The notes: generated by a model from the sequence alone, not told the origin. Shown: positions 25,836 to 39,667, counted from the first letter of the whole stretch. The stretch is DNA of 63,823 nucleotides, filler included, from Octopus bimaculoides (GCF_001194135.2; 6 parts of 6 records of this genome joined end to end with filler, not necessarily neighbours in it); one strand, 5' to 3'. Numbers and translations are program-made.

Positions 25836-26900
25836 ATTTATTTATTTATGTGTTTCAGCCAAGTGCACCACCGTGATTTTCACGTTCCTTGCATATATAT
25901 ATGTGTGTGAGAAAGTTGGTATGTGAAAGCACGTGGTTGGATGTATAAAAGATAATAAGAGTGNNNNNNNNNNNNNNNNNNNNNNNNNNNNNNNNNNNNN
26001 NNNNNNNNNNNNNNNNNNNNNNNNNNNNNNNNNNNNNNNNNNNNNNNNNNNNNNNNNNNNNNNNNNNNNNNNNNNNNNNNNNNNNNNNNNNNNNNNNNNN
26101 NNNNNNNNNNNNNNNNNNNNNNNNNNNNNNNNNNNNNNNNNNNNNNNNNNNNNNNNNNNNNNNNNNNNNNNNNNNNNNNNNNNNNNNNNNNNNNNNNNNN
26201 NNNNNNNNNNNNNNNNNNNNNNNNNNNNNNNNNNNNNNNNNNNNNNNNNNNNNNNNNNNNNNNNNNNNNNNNNNNNNNNNNNNNNNNNNNNNNNNNNNNN
26301 NNNNNNNNNNNNNNNNNNNNNNNNNNNNNNNNNNNNNNNNNNNNNNNNNNNNNNNNNNNNNNNNNNNNNNNNNNNNNNNNNNNNNNNNNNNNNNNNNNNN
26401 NNNNNNNNNNNNNNNNNNNNNNNNNNNNNNNNNNNNNNNNNNNNNNNNNNNNNNNNNNNNNNNNNNNNNNNNNNNNNNNNNNNNNNNNNNNNNNNNNNNN
26501 NNNNNNNNNNNNNNNNNNNNNNNNNNNNNNNNNNNNNNNNNNNNNNNNNNNNTAGAGAAATTTGAAAAAACAACACGAAACCGGTTATTTCTCCAAATAC
26601 AATGTTTATATACCAACAAAATTTTATAACATTTTTCTGACATAATTTAAATATATACTTTAACCATGTAACACAAGCCTTCTGTAGTTTTTTCACTCTT
26701 ATTATCTTTTATATATATATATATATATATAAAATAGAGCCGGAGTGAGAGGTAAAGGTAGAGGAGATAAATGGCAAAGAGAGCATTGTATGAAGGAAAA
26801 AGGAAGTAGTGATAGATGAATAACGAAGGAAGGAGTGAAAAAGCTGATAAACAGCATTTGAAGTGTGAGTATATGTGTGTGTAAAAGAGAGGTATGTTTG

Positions 26901-26936
<36 letters not shown>

Positions 26937-27257
26937 ATGGAAATGGGATGGTAATGTTCAACGCTGAAAATGTGTGAGTACATGTGTGTATGTGTGTGCA
27001 TGTACAAGAGAACTATGTGAAACTTTCCATATACATGTAAGGTAAAGAAAATATTAAAAAATAATCCAGAATCCTTGTCCAGTACTGGGTTGATCCCAAA
27101 ATATAACCAGTTCATGCCAGTTATGAGGCCAAACATCCCTGAAAGTTACATCCAAATCCATCCAGCAGTTCTTCAGATATCTTGTCTGCGGACAAACAAA
27201 CAAACAAACAAGCACAACTGAAAACAATACCTCAGCCTTCGCGAAGGCAGAGGTAAT
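25499..27257 (+). mobile_element. Helentron/DINE-like non-autonomous rolling-circle element
   Basis: 5' AACAAGAG start with subterminal ACCTCTGCC (25523-25531), inverted at GGCAGAGGT (27246-27254) inside a 3' palindrome TACCTCAGCCTTCGCGAAGGCAGAGGTA; internal microsatellites. That both ends belong to one element across the gap is inferred. Confidence 0.5.
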
Positions 27258-27261
27258 GATA

Positions 27262-28310
27262 ATATGTACTCTGAGACCAAAAACAAAGTCAGTTGGCTAG
27301 GACTGGGTCTACTACAAAGGGAGGATGGTTTCTTTAGCCTCGGTTGGCAGCCTCCATGAGATGGTGTCTAAGTAAGAATAAAAATAAGGCTGTGATGCCT
27401 TAATACCGTAGTCCCCTATATGAGTGTACACCAAATAAAAAGTATCTTTACAACTGTGTTAATGAGACCAGATACCCAAGTAAAGGTCTGTCATACAGGA
27501 AGTATCCCACTATGCAGCAGGATGGGCCTGCTTGTTATTCACCTACTGCATCAAATATTACAAGAAAATAGTCTCATAACAAAAATAGGACTGTGGTGCA
27601 ATGTTAGTGCAGAACAAACCTGTGAAAATAAGTTACAGAAAAATATGTATAAAATATCAATAGAGAAAGAAGTGTTCCCTGTCACAGAACAAAAACTTCA
27701 CAACTAGAAAATTTTAATCATGAAAAGACTGGCTATTCCAGTTACAACTGGAAGAGATCTCCAAAATAGTGAAAGATAACGAACATAGCTATGTAGAAGA
27801 AGAAAGGGAGGAAATCAAACAAGAAATAGCAAAGTTCAATGATTATCAGAAGAGAAATAATAGCCAGGAAGAAAATAATTTTCTTCATGGAAGGAAAGGA
27901 TGTTACAAAGGAGGAAAGAAGCTTACGTCAATGGCTAAATGAGACACGAATTAGTGAAAGAAAAAGACTACCAGATTTGAAAGGAATTGAAAAAGAAATA
28001 TTACATAAATAGTTAAGATGAACAAGCTATTAACAAAATTCAATATAAAAAATATAAATGATCTTTTTCACTTCACATACTGCATAGCCTCTGTTGCTGT
28101 AAAAATTCTTGGGAATAAAATCAAGGAAAACCAAAGGGGAAAGACCCAAGGTGGAACTGGAGACTTGAGAATCAAGTTGAATAGCTCAATAGAAACCTCT
28201 TAAGGATAAATGCAATAATTGAAAAGTTGATAGTAAAGGAAACATACAGAAATGAGTTCCATAGAAAATACAACATTAGACATTAAGGATTACAAGTAGC
28301 TAAAGATTCC
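27262..28310 (+). mobile_element. Dong/R4-clade LINE 5' region (ORF N-terminus), decayed
   Basis: MYKISIEKEVFPVTEQKL...WLFQLQLEEI...RKRLPDLK...ILGNKIK resembles the conserved N-terminal region of Dong/R4 ORFs. Confidence 0.6.
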
Positions 28311-28639
28311 TGGATGTCTGACGTGAAACTCTTTTAACATCCGATTTTGTAAAGAAACAGGTACTATAAACCTTTGAGTGTACATCAATACGTCATCACA
28401 TATTGAACAGCATTTCAAACCCATGTTATGCTTAGCAACATAAGTTTTTTTTCTTTGTTTCAGACTTTACTATTATTTTCATTTTATCTATAAACACATT
28501 GTTCTCTTTAATTTTTAATTCATCTAATGTGACCGGTAGTTCATGCACTACATTACAGAGTACATCTTTTATTTCCATTTCAGATTTTAAATTCTCAGAT
28601 GCCTTATTTGAACTGACATATATGAACCATTTACATTAT

Positions 28640-30210
28640 TAGAGAAGGGTTTTATGGGTAGATCCCACAAATCAAATATCTCCATCTAGCCTGTACCAAA
28701 CAGGTTTATAGTATTTTCTGATAAATGAACTTTAGCTTTCAGCATTTTCCCACGAAATGTCACTTCCATTGCCATTTTGCCTAAAAACCGTACTTGCTTT
28801 CCTGAAATACCACAAGCAATTTTTAACGTTTTCTTGAAAGTAGGCGTTCCAATCTTTTTCCATGTATCAGTGTTTATTAGCAAGATACCGCTTCCTGTAT
28901 CCAATTGCAATTTTGTATTTATGTTATTTATTTTTACAAATACAAATTTTCTTTTTTGTTCCTTGATTTCTGTTTTCATTGAGAACACCTTCTTACTTGC
29001 ACTTTCATTCCTTCCTTTCTTTAACCAACAATGTGAATTTCTTATGTCCTGTTTTACTGTAACTAAAACATTTTTTATTCTTAAAAGGGCAGTCTCTTTT
29101 AAAATGTATTTCCCCACAACCATAGTACGGTTTGGGTCTTGGTTGTTTTATTTTTGCCTTGTTTGTTATAGGTCAATATGCCTGTATATTTACACCGTCC
29201 CTTTCAATTTTTTCTGTGTCTTGTCATAGATTAATTATCCTTTGGCATTCTTCCACCACTGTTTGTAAAGTTAATTTAGTATCTTGCTCTAATTTTGTTA
29301 ATATTCAAGCTCATATTTCCCCATTTTTACTTGTAGTTAATCCTTTTATGAAGATTAAACATTTGAACATGTCTGGAGTCAACTCACTTGGCTTGAATTT
29401 TTCACATTCTTTGTTTACAATACCTGCATACGTAACAGAGTCATCTGTTTCATATTTTTCAAATTCAGGCATTCCCAGCGAATGTTAAATAATGAACTCC
29501 TTTCGCTGAATATCTTTGCTAATAGGCTAATTGTTTCCTCGAAATAAATTTCTGGTGGTTTCCTTGGCAAGATGAAATTACAATATTTTTCGTGTTCTGC
29601 AAGTGCTAATTTTCATTAGAGAAGCCTTACCTTCTTTTCATCTGTCCAACTTTTACATTCTCCCTTAAATATTTCCTCATACCTTCTAAAGTATGCTGAA
29701 AACATAATCCCTTCTTCAGGATTATAAACAAATTCCTCAATTGCATTAGCTACTCCATCCGCTGAAAACAAACCTGACGTGTTCTTCGACTGCAGCAATA
29801 ATTCTAACAACTGCTGAGTTTGCTGTTGTTGTTGTTGCTGTTTCCGCTGTTCTTGTTGCTGTTGCAACTGTTGTTGTTGCAACTGTTGTTGTTGTTGTAC
29901 CACAGAGATTAACAGTTCTTCCATGCTTTGAATGTCTCACTATCATGAAGTGGGTTGTTTTATATTAATTTTCACTGCATGGAATTTGAAACTTCCCCTC
30001 CACTTTTGTGAAGTGTGTGAAGTTAGAATCCTTGACACTACTTTTGTGTGTAGTTCAAATCCTTGTCACCACTGTTATGATGTTTTAATGTAGCTGCAGA
30101 CTTATTGTATATTCATTCACCAACTGTTCAAATCACCAACATGTAATCCAACAATATCTCTTCTTTTTAACTTCTATGACTCTTTATAATATATGGCTGC
30201 ACATATGACA
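28640..30210 (-). mobile_element. Ty3/Gypsy element: 5' LTR, PBS, polyQ gag and protease; pol missing
   Basis: Gag MEELLISVVQQQQ...FSAYFRRYEEIF...WTDEKKVRLL; protease LQLDTGSGILLI; short LTR TGTCATATG...CATAACA (30210 to 30073). Confidence 0.85.
30059..30071 (-). promoter_or_regulatory. Primer-binding site, tRNA-Ser(GCT)-type
   Basis: TGGTGACAAGGAT lies 1 nt after the LTR end. It equals TGGCGACGAGGAT (complement of the metazoan tRNA-Ser(GCT) 3' end) with two CpG transitions. Confidence 0.7.
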
Positions 30211-30539
30211 CTCTAGTTTCTTATTTCTTTATTTGGCCACTAAGGGCCCAACACAGAAGGGACAATACAAAAACAGACAAAATATTATGAGTGTGTTTTC
30301 CTTTTTTTAAAAAAATTATAGTTCATTATGATCGATTAAAAGTTTGTTAATTACAAGTAGTGATACAAATATAAATAAAAATGTGATTTACCAGAGCTCA
30401 TAGACCCACTGCTGTTGAGACCAACATTTCTTTTTTTTCTCTTTTGGGTGGCTGAGCTTAGCTGGCTCCATCCATTCCTAACTTTCTCACTACATTCATC
30501 CATCTTTTTAGAAATATGCTATGCAACAGGTATCTCCTT

Positions 30540-32340
30540 TCCAGCCTGATCTTACTTTTTAGGTGATAGTTAAAATAATTAACTATACCTTGGCCGGAAA
30601 CGAAGGTACCTGTCACAATCCCTTTTTCATGAGTCTTCCACAATGTATCTTTCAGTTTGGTTAAGGTACAGAAAAAACTGTCTCTCCCCTCCTGAAAAGG
30701 GAAGGGAGCAGAACAATCTTGATAAGTAATTCAGCCAACAGCTGTACTCATCATATCATTGACAACAGTTGTTCAACGTAGATTATTAATCCCTTTAACT
30801 CCACACACTCCACGAAGGCATGCAGAACAGTTTCACTGTCCCACCTGCACCTCAGGCATATCAGCGAGATGGTACTACCATGCCTCGACAATCTCTCTTA
30901 AAAAAGTAAAGTCAATTGGTAACACAACCAGGCCAGGGATTTCTGGTAATTATCCAGATACCCCAGCTCGAAAGTCCTCCCGAACAGGTTGACCAACTCC
31001 TTTCCATTGAAGCCTAGAGACTCCTCCAGGACATCATCAGACATATGTTTCACTACCTGTTATAAAAATCCGTGGTAGAACTCCAGTTGCCAGTATGGCT
31101 CACCCGAGAGAGAAGCACGAGTGCCCATTGACACTCCAATTGCCACTCGCTAGCCTAGGTCTTCACCTGATCCATGGATCTAAATCCCAAAAGGAGATTA
31201 ACTGTGAAAGAGGAACTTCATGAGTGGTGACCACACCTGCTCACCATCCAGGTGACGCCAGAGATGCCTAAGCTTCAGCACAAATTTGCGCATCTTCAGC
31301 CACATCCCTAGTCCACTCTTTAACAATTTTTGGCAGCAGATGGAGCACCTTACAAGTGGCCTCCCTTTCCACAAAAAGCGAAAGAGGAGTCTCTCCAACT
31401 CACCTAGCCACAAATCAGGACAAAGCACAACTGTCAGATGGTAGGTGATAACAGAAGCAATAAACACCCTTGCCACCTCCGCCCTTTCTAGCAGTGATAA
31501 CTCCCTTCCATACCAGATCTGGGTTAGGGCTGTCACCTTGCTTGTGACCTCACCCCAATTCTTCTCTATCTGGAGGTCTGGACTGAACCAGACCCCTAGC
31601 ATCTTAACAGGACCTTCCATCCAACGTCCTATGATGTTATTGGACAACATCAACTTGCCTCTCCAGGGTGCCGAGTTGCAAGCTGACTGACTGCTCCTGC
31701 CAATACTACTTGCTCCTGCCACCACTTCGTATCTTCTGATAGCGTTTTCCACACAAGGTAGCTGCCCTTCATCCAACATGATGATGGTGACGTCATCCGC
31801 ATATGCAGTCACTGTCTTCCCTCCACTCAGATCATGCAGGTTGCCCCTCACCCTACAGCCTCCAACCTTCACATCAATAGCTCAAGAGCTAACACATACA
31901 AAAGCAAGAACAGGGGACATCCCTGGCCAACAGAGCGCCTTATCTTGAATGGTTTCAAAAGGAAACCATTCATACAGACAACAGACTTGATGTTGCTGTA
32001 CATAGCAGCGATCCAACCTCAGAAAGTCAGGCCCAGCCTAGCCACCCCGAGAATCGCCACCAGGTACTGATGGTTGACCCTATCGAAAGCTTTAGACTGG
32101 TCTAAATGCACCAGTGCCCCACCTTTGCCAGTAATTTTCCCAACCTGTTCTAAGGTGTAGCATATGAGGTGGAGATTGTCATGTATTGATCTGCCAGGAA
32201 TGGCGCAAGTTTGCGTCTCTCTGACAAGGTCGCCCACGATCTGCTCCAACCTCTTTGCTAACACCTTGACCAAAATCTTTTAAAATTGCTAATTTTATCC
32301 CCCTTGTTTGGGTCCTTTTTATCAGTCACCACAGCCCGGC
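30540..32340 (-). mobile_element. L1-clade (Tx1-like) LINE RT region, decayed
   Basis: KVLAKRLEQIVGDLV..TQTCAIPGRSIHDN...HLDQSKAFDRVNH; AYADDVT; VKMLGVWF. The 3' boundary is approximate. Confidence 0.85.
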
Positions 32341-32865
32341 TTACAGATTTAGGAATACTCCCATTCTTCTGCCACTATGCCTAGTTCTCACAGCCCTGCT
32401 CTTCTGTATCATTGCTATCTGGTAGCCCCCCCCCCCCGATTCTATATATATATACCCAGATTTTTGCCACTCACTCCCTCCCTCTGCACTCTTTAATCAC
32501 ACTTCCTTCGCAATATCCTGCCACTTATATTATGACATTCGAACTTCAAGCATATGCCCTGACACTTGCCACCATCTATAACTTGTTGTCTCCCACTCTC
32601 TCTCTCTCCTTCTCCTGCACTTCCCTCAGGTTGGATAACCATGTATTTCCTTTGCAGTAGCACACCTGTTTCTGTCTTCAGTCCTGATCTCTCTCTCTCT
32701 CTCTCTCACCAGGTAACCTTGTACTTCCTCTACAGCAAGACACCTGTTTCTGCCTCCCTGTCTCACTATAACCTTTCATCATCTGACACAAGATCACTTC
32801 CACCAATGTCCCCTCCCCTCTTTAAAGTTTTATTTTCTTGTCTTGCAAGTATTTGGGTGATCTTG

Positions 32866-33152
32866 TCAGTGCAGGTGCCACTTAAAAGCATCCCAGTCCA
32901 CACTGTAAAGTGGTTGGTGCTCAAAAGGGTATCCAGCTGTAAAACCCTTGCCAAAACAAACCTCACCAGTGCTTGTGCCACGTAAAAAGCGCTAAGTCCA
33001 CTCTACTGAGTGGTTGGTGTTAGGAAAGGCATCCAGCTGTAAAAATCCTGCCAAAACAATCACAGAAGTCTGGTGAAGGCTTCTGCCTGGCTGGCTCTTG
33101 CGAAACTGCCTCACCTATGCTTGCATGGAAGGTGACCGTTAAGCAATGATGA

Positions 33153-33170
<18 letters not shown>
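32866..33170 (+). mobile_element. SINE family C with RTE-type (GAT)n tail; internally duplicated
   Basis: GTGGTTGGTGTTAGGAAAGGCATCCAGCTGTAAAA occurs twice; tail GCATGGAAGGTGACCGTTAAGCAATGATGATGAT. Related copies at about 34330-34530 and 35490-35860. Confidence 0.7.
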
Positions 33171-33186
<16 letters not shown>

Positions 33187-33328
33187 GATGGTGGTGGTGG
33201 TGGTTATGATGGTGGTAGTAGTGGTGGTGGTGGTGGTGGTGGTGATTTTATCACAATCAATTATATGGTCATTTCAGAAACATTAATACTAAGGTTTGGA
33301 AGCATCATATATTTATAGAAATACTTAC

Positions 33329-33490
33329 TTCCTGATTCTCCTTTCTGCTTTTAATTAATTGCCTCAATGCCTGGTTACTGCTGCTTTGTTCAGAAATACT
33401 GGCTTCACTGACATTGCTTTTACTGTCAGGATTATTTTTGTTTGTGGTTTTATTTTGATATTGTTTCAGTTGCTGCTTCAACTCAGAAAC
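33329..33490 (-). CDS. CCDC13: CCDC13 orthologue, internal exon (VSELKQQLKQ...LRQLIKSRKENQE, 54 aa, phase 0-0)
   Basis: Acceptor TTTTCTGTTGTTAAAG, donor GTAAGTAT, 162 nt open; follows the WKGRAQQ exon in the order of human VQELEKQL...EGLE. Confidence 0.8.
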
Positions 33491-33721
33491 CTTTAACAAC
33501 AGAAAATGCGATAAACATGAAAGAAAAAAATAATCAGTTTAGTTATTTCAATCAAAAACTTGTTAAAGTCTTGCTCTGCCCTACACAAAAATATCCCGAG
33601 ACCACTCACTTACGCTGTACCTATAAAGTCCTGTTCTCCTGTTCTCTCATCCTGACATGTCAAACATTCTTCCTCCCATTTTCCTTTTCCTCCATCTACA
33701 GTATTATGTGGCTGCTGCTAC

Positions 33722-33836
<115 letters not shown>

Positions 33837-34223
33837 CTATATATGTATACTACTCAGACTTAGTTTTACCCGCTGAGTACAATCTGCTTTGTTGATGAAG
33901 TTTAATAAGACAAACAAATCAAATGTTTCTCTCAGTTGGTTTTAATGACCAGATCCACTCCAGTTTGCAATGACTATATTGTCTAAAAACCTTGAATAAC
34001 TGATCTTGTTGAAGTTATTTCCATTACCTATTGTTTTCAGATTTTAAACTCTCTTTGAAGTAGTTTTGGACTACTATGATAATTTCTTCTTCATTTCAGC
34101 TGGTAAAGTTTTTCAACCCACAATATTATGCAGGTGTGATTGTGTGGGAAGACATTTGCTACTGTAACTCTGAACTGATTAAAACTTTGTGAGTGGATTT
34201 GGTAGAGTGAAACTGAAAAAAGC

Positions 34224-34271
<48 letters not shown>

Positions 34272-36454
34272 ATGCGTGCATGCATACGTGTGTGCGTGTG
34301 TGTGTCTGCCCCGCACCTTGACATTACATGATAGTTGCAATTGAGTGTCAGTCATACATGTAGTGTCATTCATTTCCAATGCTATGCAAGAACATGTCTG
34401 GCCATGGGGAATAACTGCCTTGTTTGGAAACAGATGAGGGCACTTGGTTGTAGAGAATTTGTCTCAAATAAACTCCGGCGGACCCATGCAAACAGGAAAT
34501 TAGATGTTAAATTATGATGATGATGAGGATAATGATGAATATTACAAATATGAGACCTGGCACATTTCTGTTTATTATGCTAGATATTTCTCTTGGGTAT
34601 TTTCTTAAGCTATTCTAAATAAACATTTTGTAATATATATGTTTATTTTGTATTGTTAAGCTTTCAAATATGAAGCAACTTAACAATAGGAAATAAAAAC
34701 TTAGAGTTATCTGATAAATAACATATTATTTCATAAAAGACACCAATTAATTGCCACTTGAGTGAAAAAAACCGCTTTTATCTTTTTAAGCTCTGATCAT
34801 GAATATTTGTCATTTCTGTGATCATGAGTAATAATTCAATGAGGATTTCTGTCATCTCTGCTCTGTCTCATCTTGACAGATTTTGTACTAAGCACTTTAC
34901 TACATCATTCCTCTCTAGAACTCTCCTCTTGTCATATTCTTCCCACTTCCTATCTTGTTATTGTTCAACCCCAAGTCAGTCATGATCAAAAGACCTATGA
35001 TCAAATGCATTCCAAATGTGACCATCTTGTCTTTCACTCAGACAATGTATTCTAGGACTACATTATCCAAGGTGTCCTTCTTTCTTTTAGGGAGTAGGAT
35101 TTGGTTTGAGGAAGCTTTGGTTACTATTTGTAGCAAATTAAATGATAAAATAGAGCAGACATTAACAACTTTTTTTGAGAAGCGGGCTACATGAGACATA
35201 AATCAACATCAGGCAGGCCAAACTACTAAAAATACTCAAGGTAACTTCATTAGTTGCACTATTCAGAAACTCCTGCAGGCCACACTTTGCTCATGACTAA
35301 CAGGACCAACCGACCCCACGTGAGGAGGAGCTGGACTGCACGCACCGATGTGACGGTGAGCCCAAAGCCGTGTCGCTCCATGGCGTCCCGGGTGTGGAGC
35401 CATGGAGCTCGTACCCAATCATGACCAACATAGAGGCCACAGAATATTGGCTCATCCCTGTCCCCATTTATCTTACTGAGCCAATGTAACCAATGCCAGT
35501 GTCACATAAACAGCACCCATGCACCCATGCTGGTGGCACATAAAAAGTGTTAGACCTCATGGAGGCAATGACTAGTGACTGAGACCTTTGGCAATATGCC
35601 GTGCTTAAGAAGACCCATTAAGCCAAGTGAAATTTTAGTCATGGCAGATACTGATGTCCAGCAACTAGTGTTCGTGCCGGTGGCATGTAAAAGCACCCAT
35701 TACATTCTCGGAGCGGTTGGTATTAGGAAGGGCATCAAGCCATAGAGACCATACCAAATCAAACTAGAGTCTGGTGCAGACCCTCAGCTTACCAGCCCTA
35801 GTCAAACCATCCAACACATGCCAGCATGGACACCAGACGTTAAATGATGATTATAATAATGATGATGATAATGGTGGTGGTCAAGAAATGCATAGCTTTA
35901 ATATCAACAACATCAATCATACCAGTCCAAAAGGGCCTGATAAGATTATGAGCATTGTGCATTTACTTTAGACTAATTTGTATAATTTGTTAGAAATATG
36001 TCTGGCTGCAATTCAATTGAACTCTACATTGAATATGTGGATTTCACAAAGCAAGTTTAATATGAATTTACCTTCTTTTTACTTCTTTAACTCATATCCT
36101 TTACTATTGTCAGTCACCAGACTTGCAGCCATGCTGGGGCCAAGAAGGTTTTTATCTGAACAAATCAACCACAGAATTTACTTTTTCTTTAAGTTTGGTA
36201 CTTAATCTATCAGTGTCTTTGCCAAACAGCTAAGTTATGAGGATGTAAACAAACCAATGCCAGTTGTCAAAGCAATGGGAGGAGACAAACACAAAGTCAG
36301 GCACACACACATACACAGACTGAACCTGAAACTATATGGCAACAAAGCAAACTTCTTAACCATTTAGCCATACCTTCTTTTTTTTTTTTTTTTGTCATAA
36401 ATTCTACTGTAAAGAAGCAGCAAAATCTAACTTCTTTCAGTGAAATTCTGGTTG

Positions 36455-36950
36455 AAGCACCCCATAAAATCCCTCATAACTTTTTCTATTTTGGGGAATT
36501 CTCAGAAAATTTTCGTGAATTTGTGTTCAACACATGGGAATTCATAAATTGTTTTTCTTAATTTTTTTAACCCCTCCTGCCATCATAAATCCCCAAAGTT
36601 CTACTTTTTTCAATTTTTTTAAAAAATCAGTGTTTAAAATACAGTCAGTCTGAACTTTTTGCTTAAATCCCAGCAGTGGACCACCCTTGGGTGCATCATT
36701 GCTGCATTAAATGTGTTTATGGGGAGAAAAATATTGAGAAACATCAATACATGTCAGAGTGACAAAGAAATGAGGAACGTATCAGGTGGTCGTGAGATGT
36801 GCTAAAAAGAACAGTAAAATCGCCCTTAAATCACACACGAAAAAATTTTTTGCCTAACTGCATGAATTCCCCTATGTAGAACACAAATTCATAAAAATTT
36901 TCGGAAAATTCTGAAAAATAAAAAAGTTATGAAGAGTATATGGGGTGCTT
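36455..36950. mobile_element. Long-TIR MITE (about 110-bp arms), TTAA/TA-type flanks
   Basis: AGCACCCCATA...CTCATAACTTTTT...GTGTTC...GGGAATTCAT is inverted at ATGAATTCCCC...GAACAC...AAAAAGTTATGAAG...TATGGGGTGCT. Confidence 0.75.
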
Positions 36951-37197
36951 AAGCCACTCAAGAAAATGTCACACGTCACAAAGCAATAGTTCATATTCTG
37001 ACCTAGAAATGACAACTGTACATGACAGTTAGTCATAATGTGTTTCAGTTTTTGTTTTTATTGTTAACTCCTCAATTACATTAACTTCAATTCATCTATG
37101 TTCATTGTCCAACAGATTTTCATTAATGCTTTTTTGTATTTATTTCATATCACAAGAAATTTTTATTTTCCATTACTTTTTACAAAACGATAGTTAC

Positions 37198-37302
37198 CTT
37201 TTGCTGTAGAGTGAGATTTTGCTGTGCTCGTCCTTTCCATGAAGAACTTTCAGAAAGCAAAGCATGAATATTTGCCCCTTCTCCAACCTCTTGACTAATA
37301 AC
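37198..37302 (-). CDS. CCDC13: CCDC13 orthologue, internal exon (VISQEVGEGANIHALLSESSSWKGRAQQNLTLQQK)
   Basis: Acceptor TTTTCATTCTTTTTAG, donor GTAACT, 105 nt. Matches from memory human CCDC13 VLAREVGEDINVQQLLSSPGTWRGRAQQILVLQSK. Confidence 0.9.
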
Positions 37303-37453
37303 CTAAAAAGAATGAAAACAAAAAGGAATATATCAACATTACACTATGGGTAAGTATCTGGGAGTTTATATATGTAAATATATAAATAAACGTGAGTGTA
37401 TGAGTGTGTGTGTGAGAGAGAGTGGGGGGAGTGTGTGTGTGAGAGAGAGAGAA

Positions 37454-37491
<38 letters not shown>

Positions 37492-37631
37492 TGTGTGTGT
37501 ATGTGAGAGAGAGAAGGGGGAGAGAGAGAAAGATTAGATAAATAGATAAATAGACAGACAGATAGATAGATAGACAGACAAACAGACAGACAGACAGACA
37601 GGCACACAGACAGACAGACAGACAGACAGAC

Positions 37632-37668
<37 letters not shown>

Positions 37669-38631
37669 TAGATATCCATATATATATATATATATATATN
37701 NNNNNNNNNNNNNNNNNNNNNNNNNNNNNNNNNNNNNNNNNNNNNNNNNNNNNNNNNNNNNNNNNNNNNNNNNNNNNNNNNNNNNNNNNNNNNNNNNNNN
37801 NNNNNNNNNNNNNNNNNNNNNNNNNNNNNNNNNNNNNNNNNNNNNNNNNNNNNNNNNNNNNNNNNNNNNNNNNNNNNNNNNNNNNNNNNNNNNNNNNNNN
37901 NNNNNNNNNNNNNNNNNNNNNNNNNNNNNNNNNNNNNNNNNNNNNNNNNNNNNNNNNNNNNNNNNNNNNNNNNNNNNNNNNNNNNNNNNNNNNNNNNNNN
38001 NNNNNNNNNNNNNNNNNNNNNNNNNNNNNNNNNNNNNNNNNNNNNNNNNNNNNNNNNNNNNNNNNNNNNNNNNNNNNNNNNNNNNNNNNNNNNNNNNNNN
38101 NNNNNNNNNNNNNNNNNNNNNNNNNNNNNNNNNNNNNNNNNNNNNNNNNNNNNNNNNNNNNNNNNNNNNNNNNNNNNNNNNNNNNNNNNNNNNNNNNNNN
38201 NNNNNNNNNNNNNNNNNNNNNNNNNNNNNNNNNNNNNNNNNNNNNNNNNNNNNNNNNNNNNNNNNNNNNNNNNNNNNNNNNNNNNNNNNNNNNNNNNNNN
38301 NNNNNNNNNNNNNNNNNNNNNNNNNNNNNNNNNNNNNNNNNNNNNNNNNNNNNNNNNNNNNNNNNNNNNNNNNNNNNNNNNNNNNNNNNNNNNNNNNNNN
38401 NNNNNNNNNNNNNNNNNNNNNNNNNNNNNNNNNNNNNNNNNNNNNNNNNNNNNNNNNNNNNNNNNNNNNNNNNNNNNNNNNNNNNNNNNNNNNNNNNNNN
38501 NNNNNNNNNNNNNNNNNNNNNNNNNNNNNNNNNNNNNNNNNNNNNNNNNNNNNNNNNNNNNNNNNNNNNNNNNNNNNNNNNNNNNNNNNNNNNNNNNNNN
38601 NNNNNNNNNNNNNNNNNNNNNNNNNNNNNNN

Positions 38632-38705
<74 letters not shown>

Positions 38706-39037
38706 AACTATGCCTGTGTCTGTTTACACTGGTTAGCTAGTGTTATGTTTGTGTTTATCTCCCATAGCTTAGTGATTTGAAAATAAAGATCAACAAAGCA
38801 AATCCCAAATTGAAATACAATATGGTTGACTACAGATGATGCCCCAGCATGATCACAGTCCAATGACTTAAACCAGTAAGATAATGAAAGAATACTTAAA
38901 TAGAAGTTGATTTCAATGAAAGATTTACAATGAAACAAAAGAACTATACTGTGGTTTCATTCATTTATAATTTACAATCGTATTATCTACTATATTCAGT
39001 TATGAAGTCAATAAAATGGCATTTATAGCATACTTAC

Positions 39038-39151
39038 TTTGTTAGCCAACTTCAGTTCTTGCTTCAAAACTTGACACTGGTTTCTCCATTCATTCATCTT
39101 ACTCTCCATTTGTTTTTGTTTCCCTTGCAACTGTTTGATTTCTTCTTCAAG
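39038..39151 (-). CDS. CCDC13: CCDC13 orthologue, internal exon (LEEEIKQLQGKQKQMESKMNEWRNQCQVLKQELKLANK)
   Basis: Acceptor CTCTGCTATTTAG, donor GTAAGTAT, 114 nt, phase 0-0; resembles human EVKALQDRL...KMSDLRNQIQSVKQELRMAQK. Confidence 0.88.
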
Positions 39152-39435
39152 CTAAATAGCAGAGCAAATTTTATAATAATATTGATTTCTAAAGTAGGCA
39201 CAAAACTTCATATTTTGTGGGAAGGTATATCTGATTAAGACCAGTCCTAAATCTTCCCTAGTATTTTATTGTATTGAACCTGGAAGGAGGGATGAATGGC
39301 AAAGTTGACCTCAGCAGGATTTGAACGCAGAATATAAAGATATATAACTATATACTGCAAAGCATTTTTATCTAAACCCCTACTGGTCCTGCCAATTCAC
39401 TGCTTTTTTTATAGTGATAATGGCTATGAGATTAA

Positions 39436-39667
39436 CCCTTTAAGTGTGAAATTAAATTTTATGGTTATTCCTGTAATGATGTTAAATATCTACTGAAAAA
39501 TAAATTTGCTATTTTCAGCAAGTCATGTTGCCTTGGTAAATTTGACATATCTTAGCAAAAAGTAGTTTCAAACATAACAAAAAGAAATATTGTTATGTAA
39601 AACTGCTTTCCACAGATAAAGGTAATGAAATTTTGAGTGGATATATCTGATTTCTGAGCTAAAGAGA
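39436..39667. mobile_element. piggyBac-type MITE, same family as 12113-12353
   Basis: TTAA|CCCTTTAAGTGTGAAATTAAATTT ... AAAGAGA|TTAA; internal homology to the 12113 copy. Confidence 0.8.
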
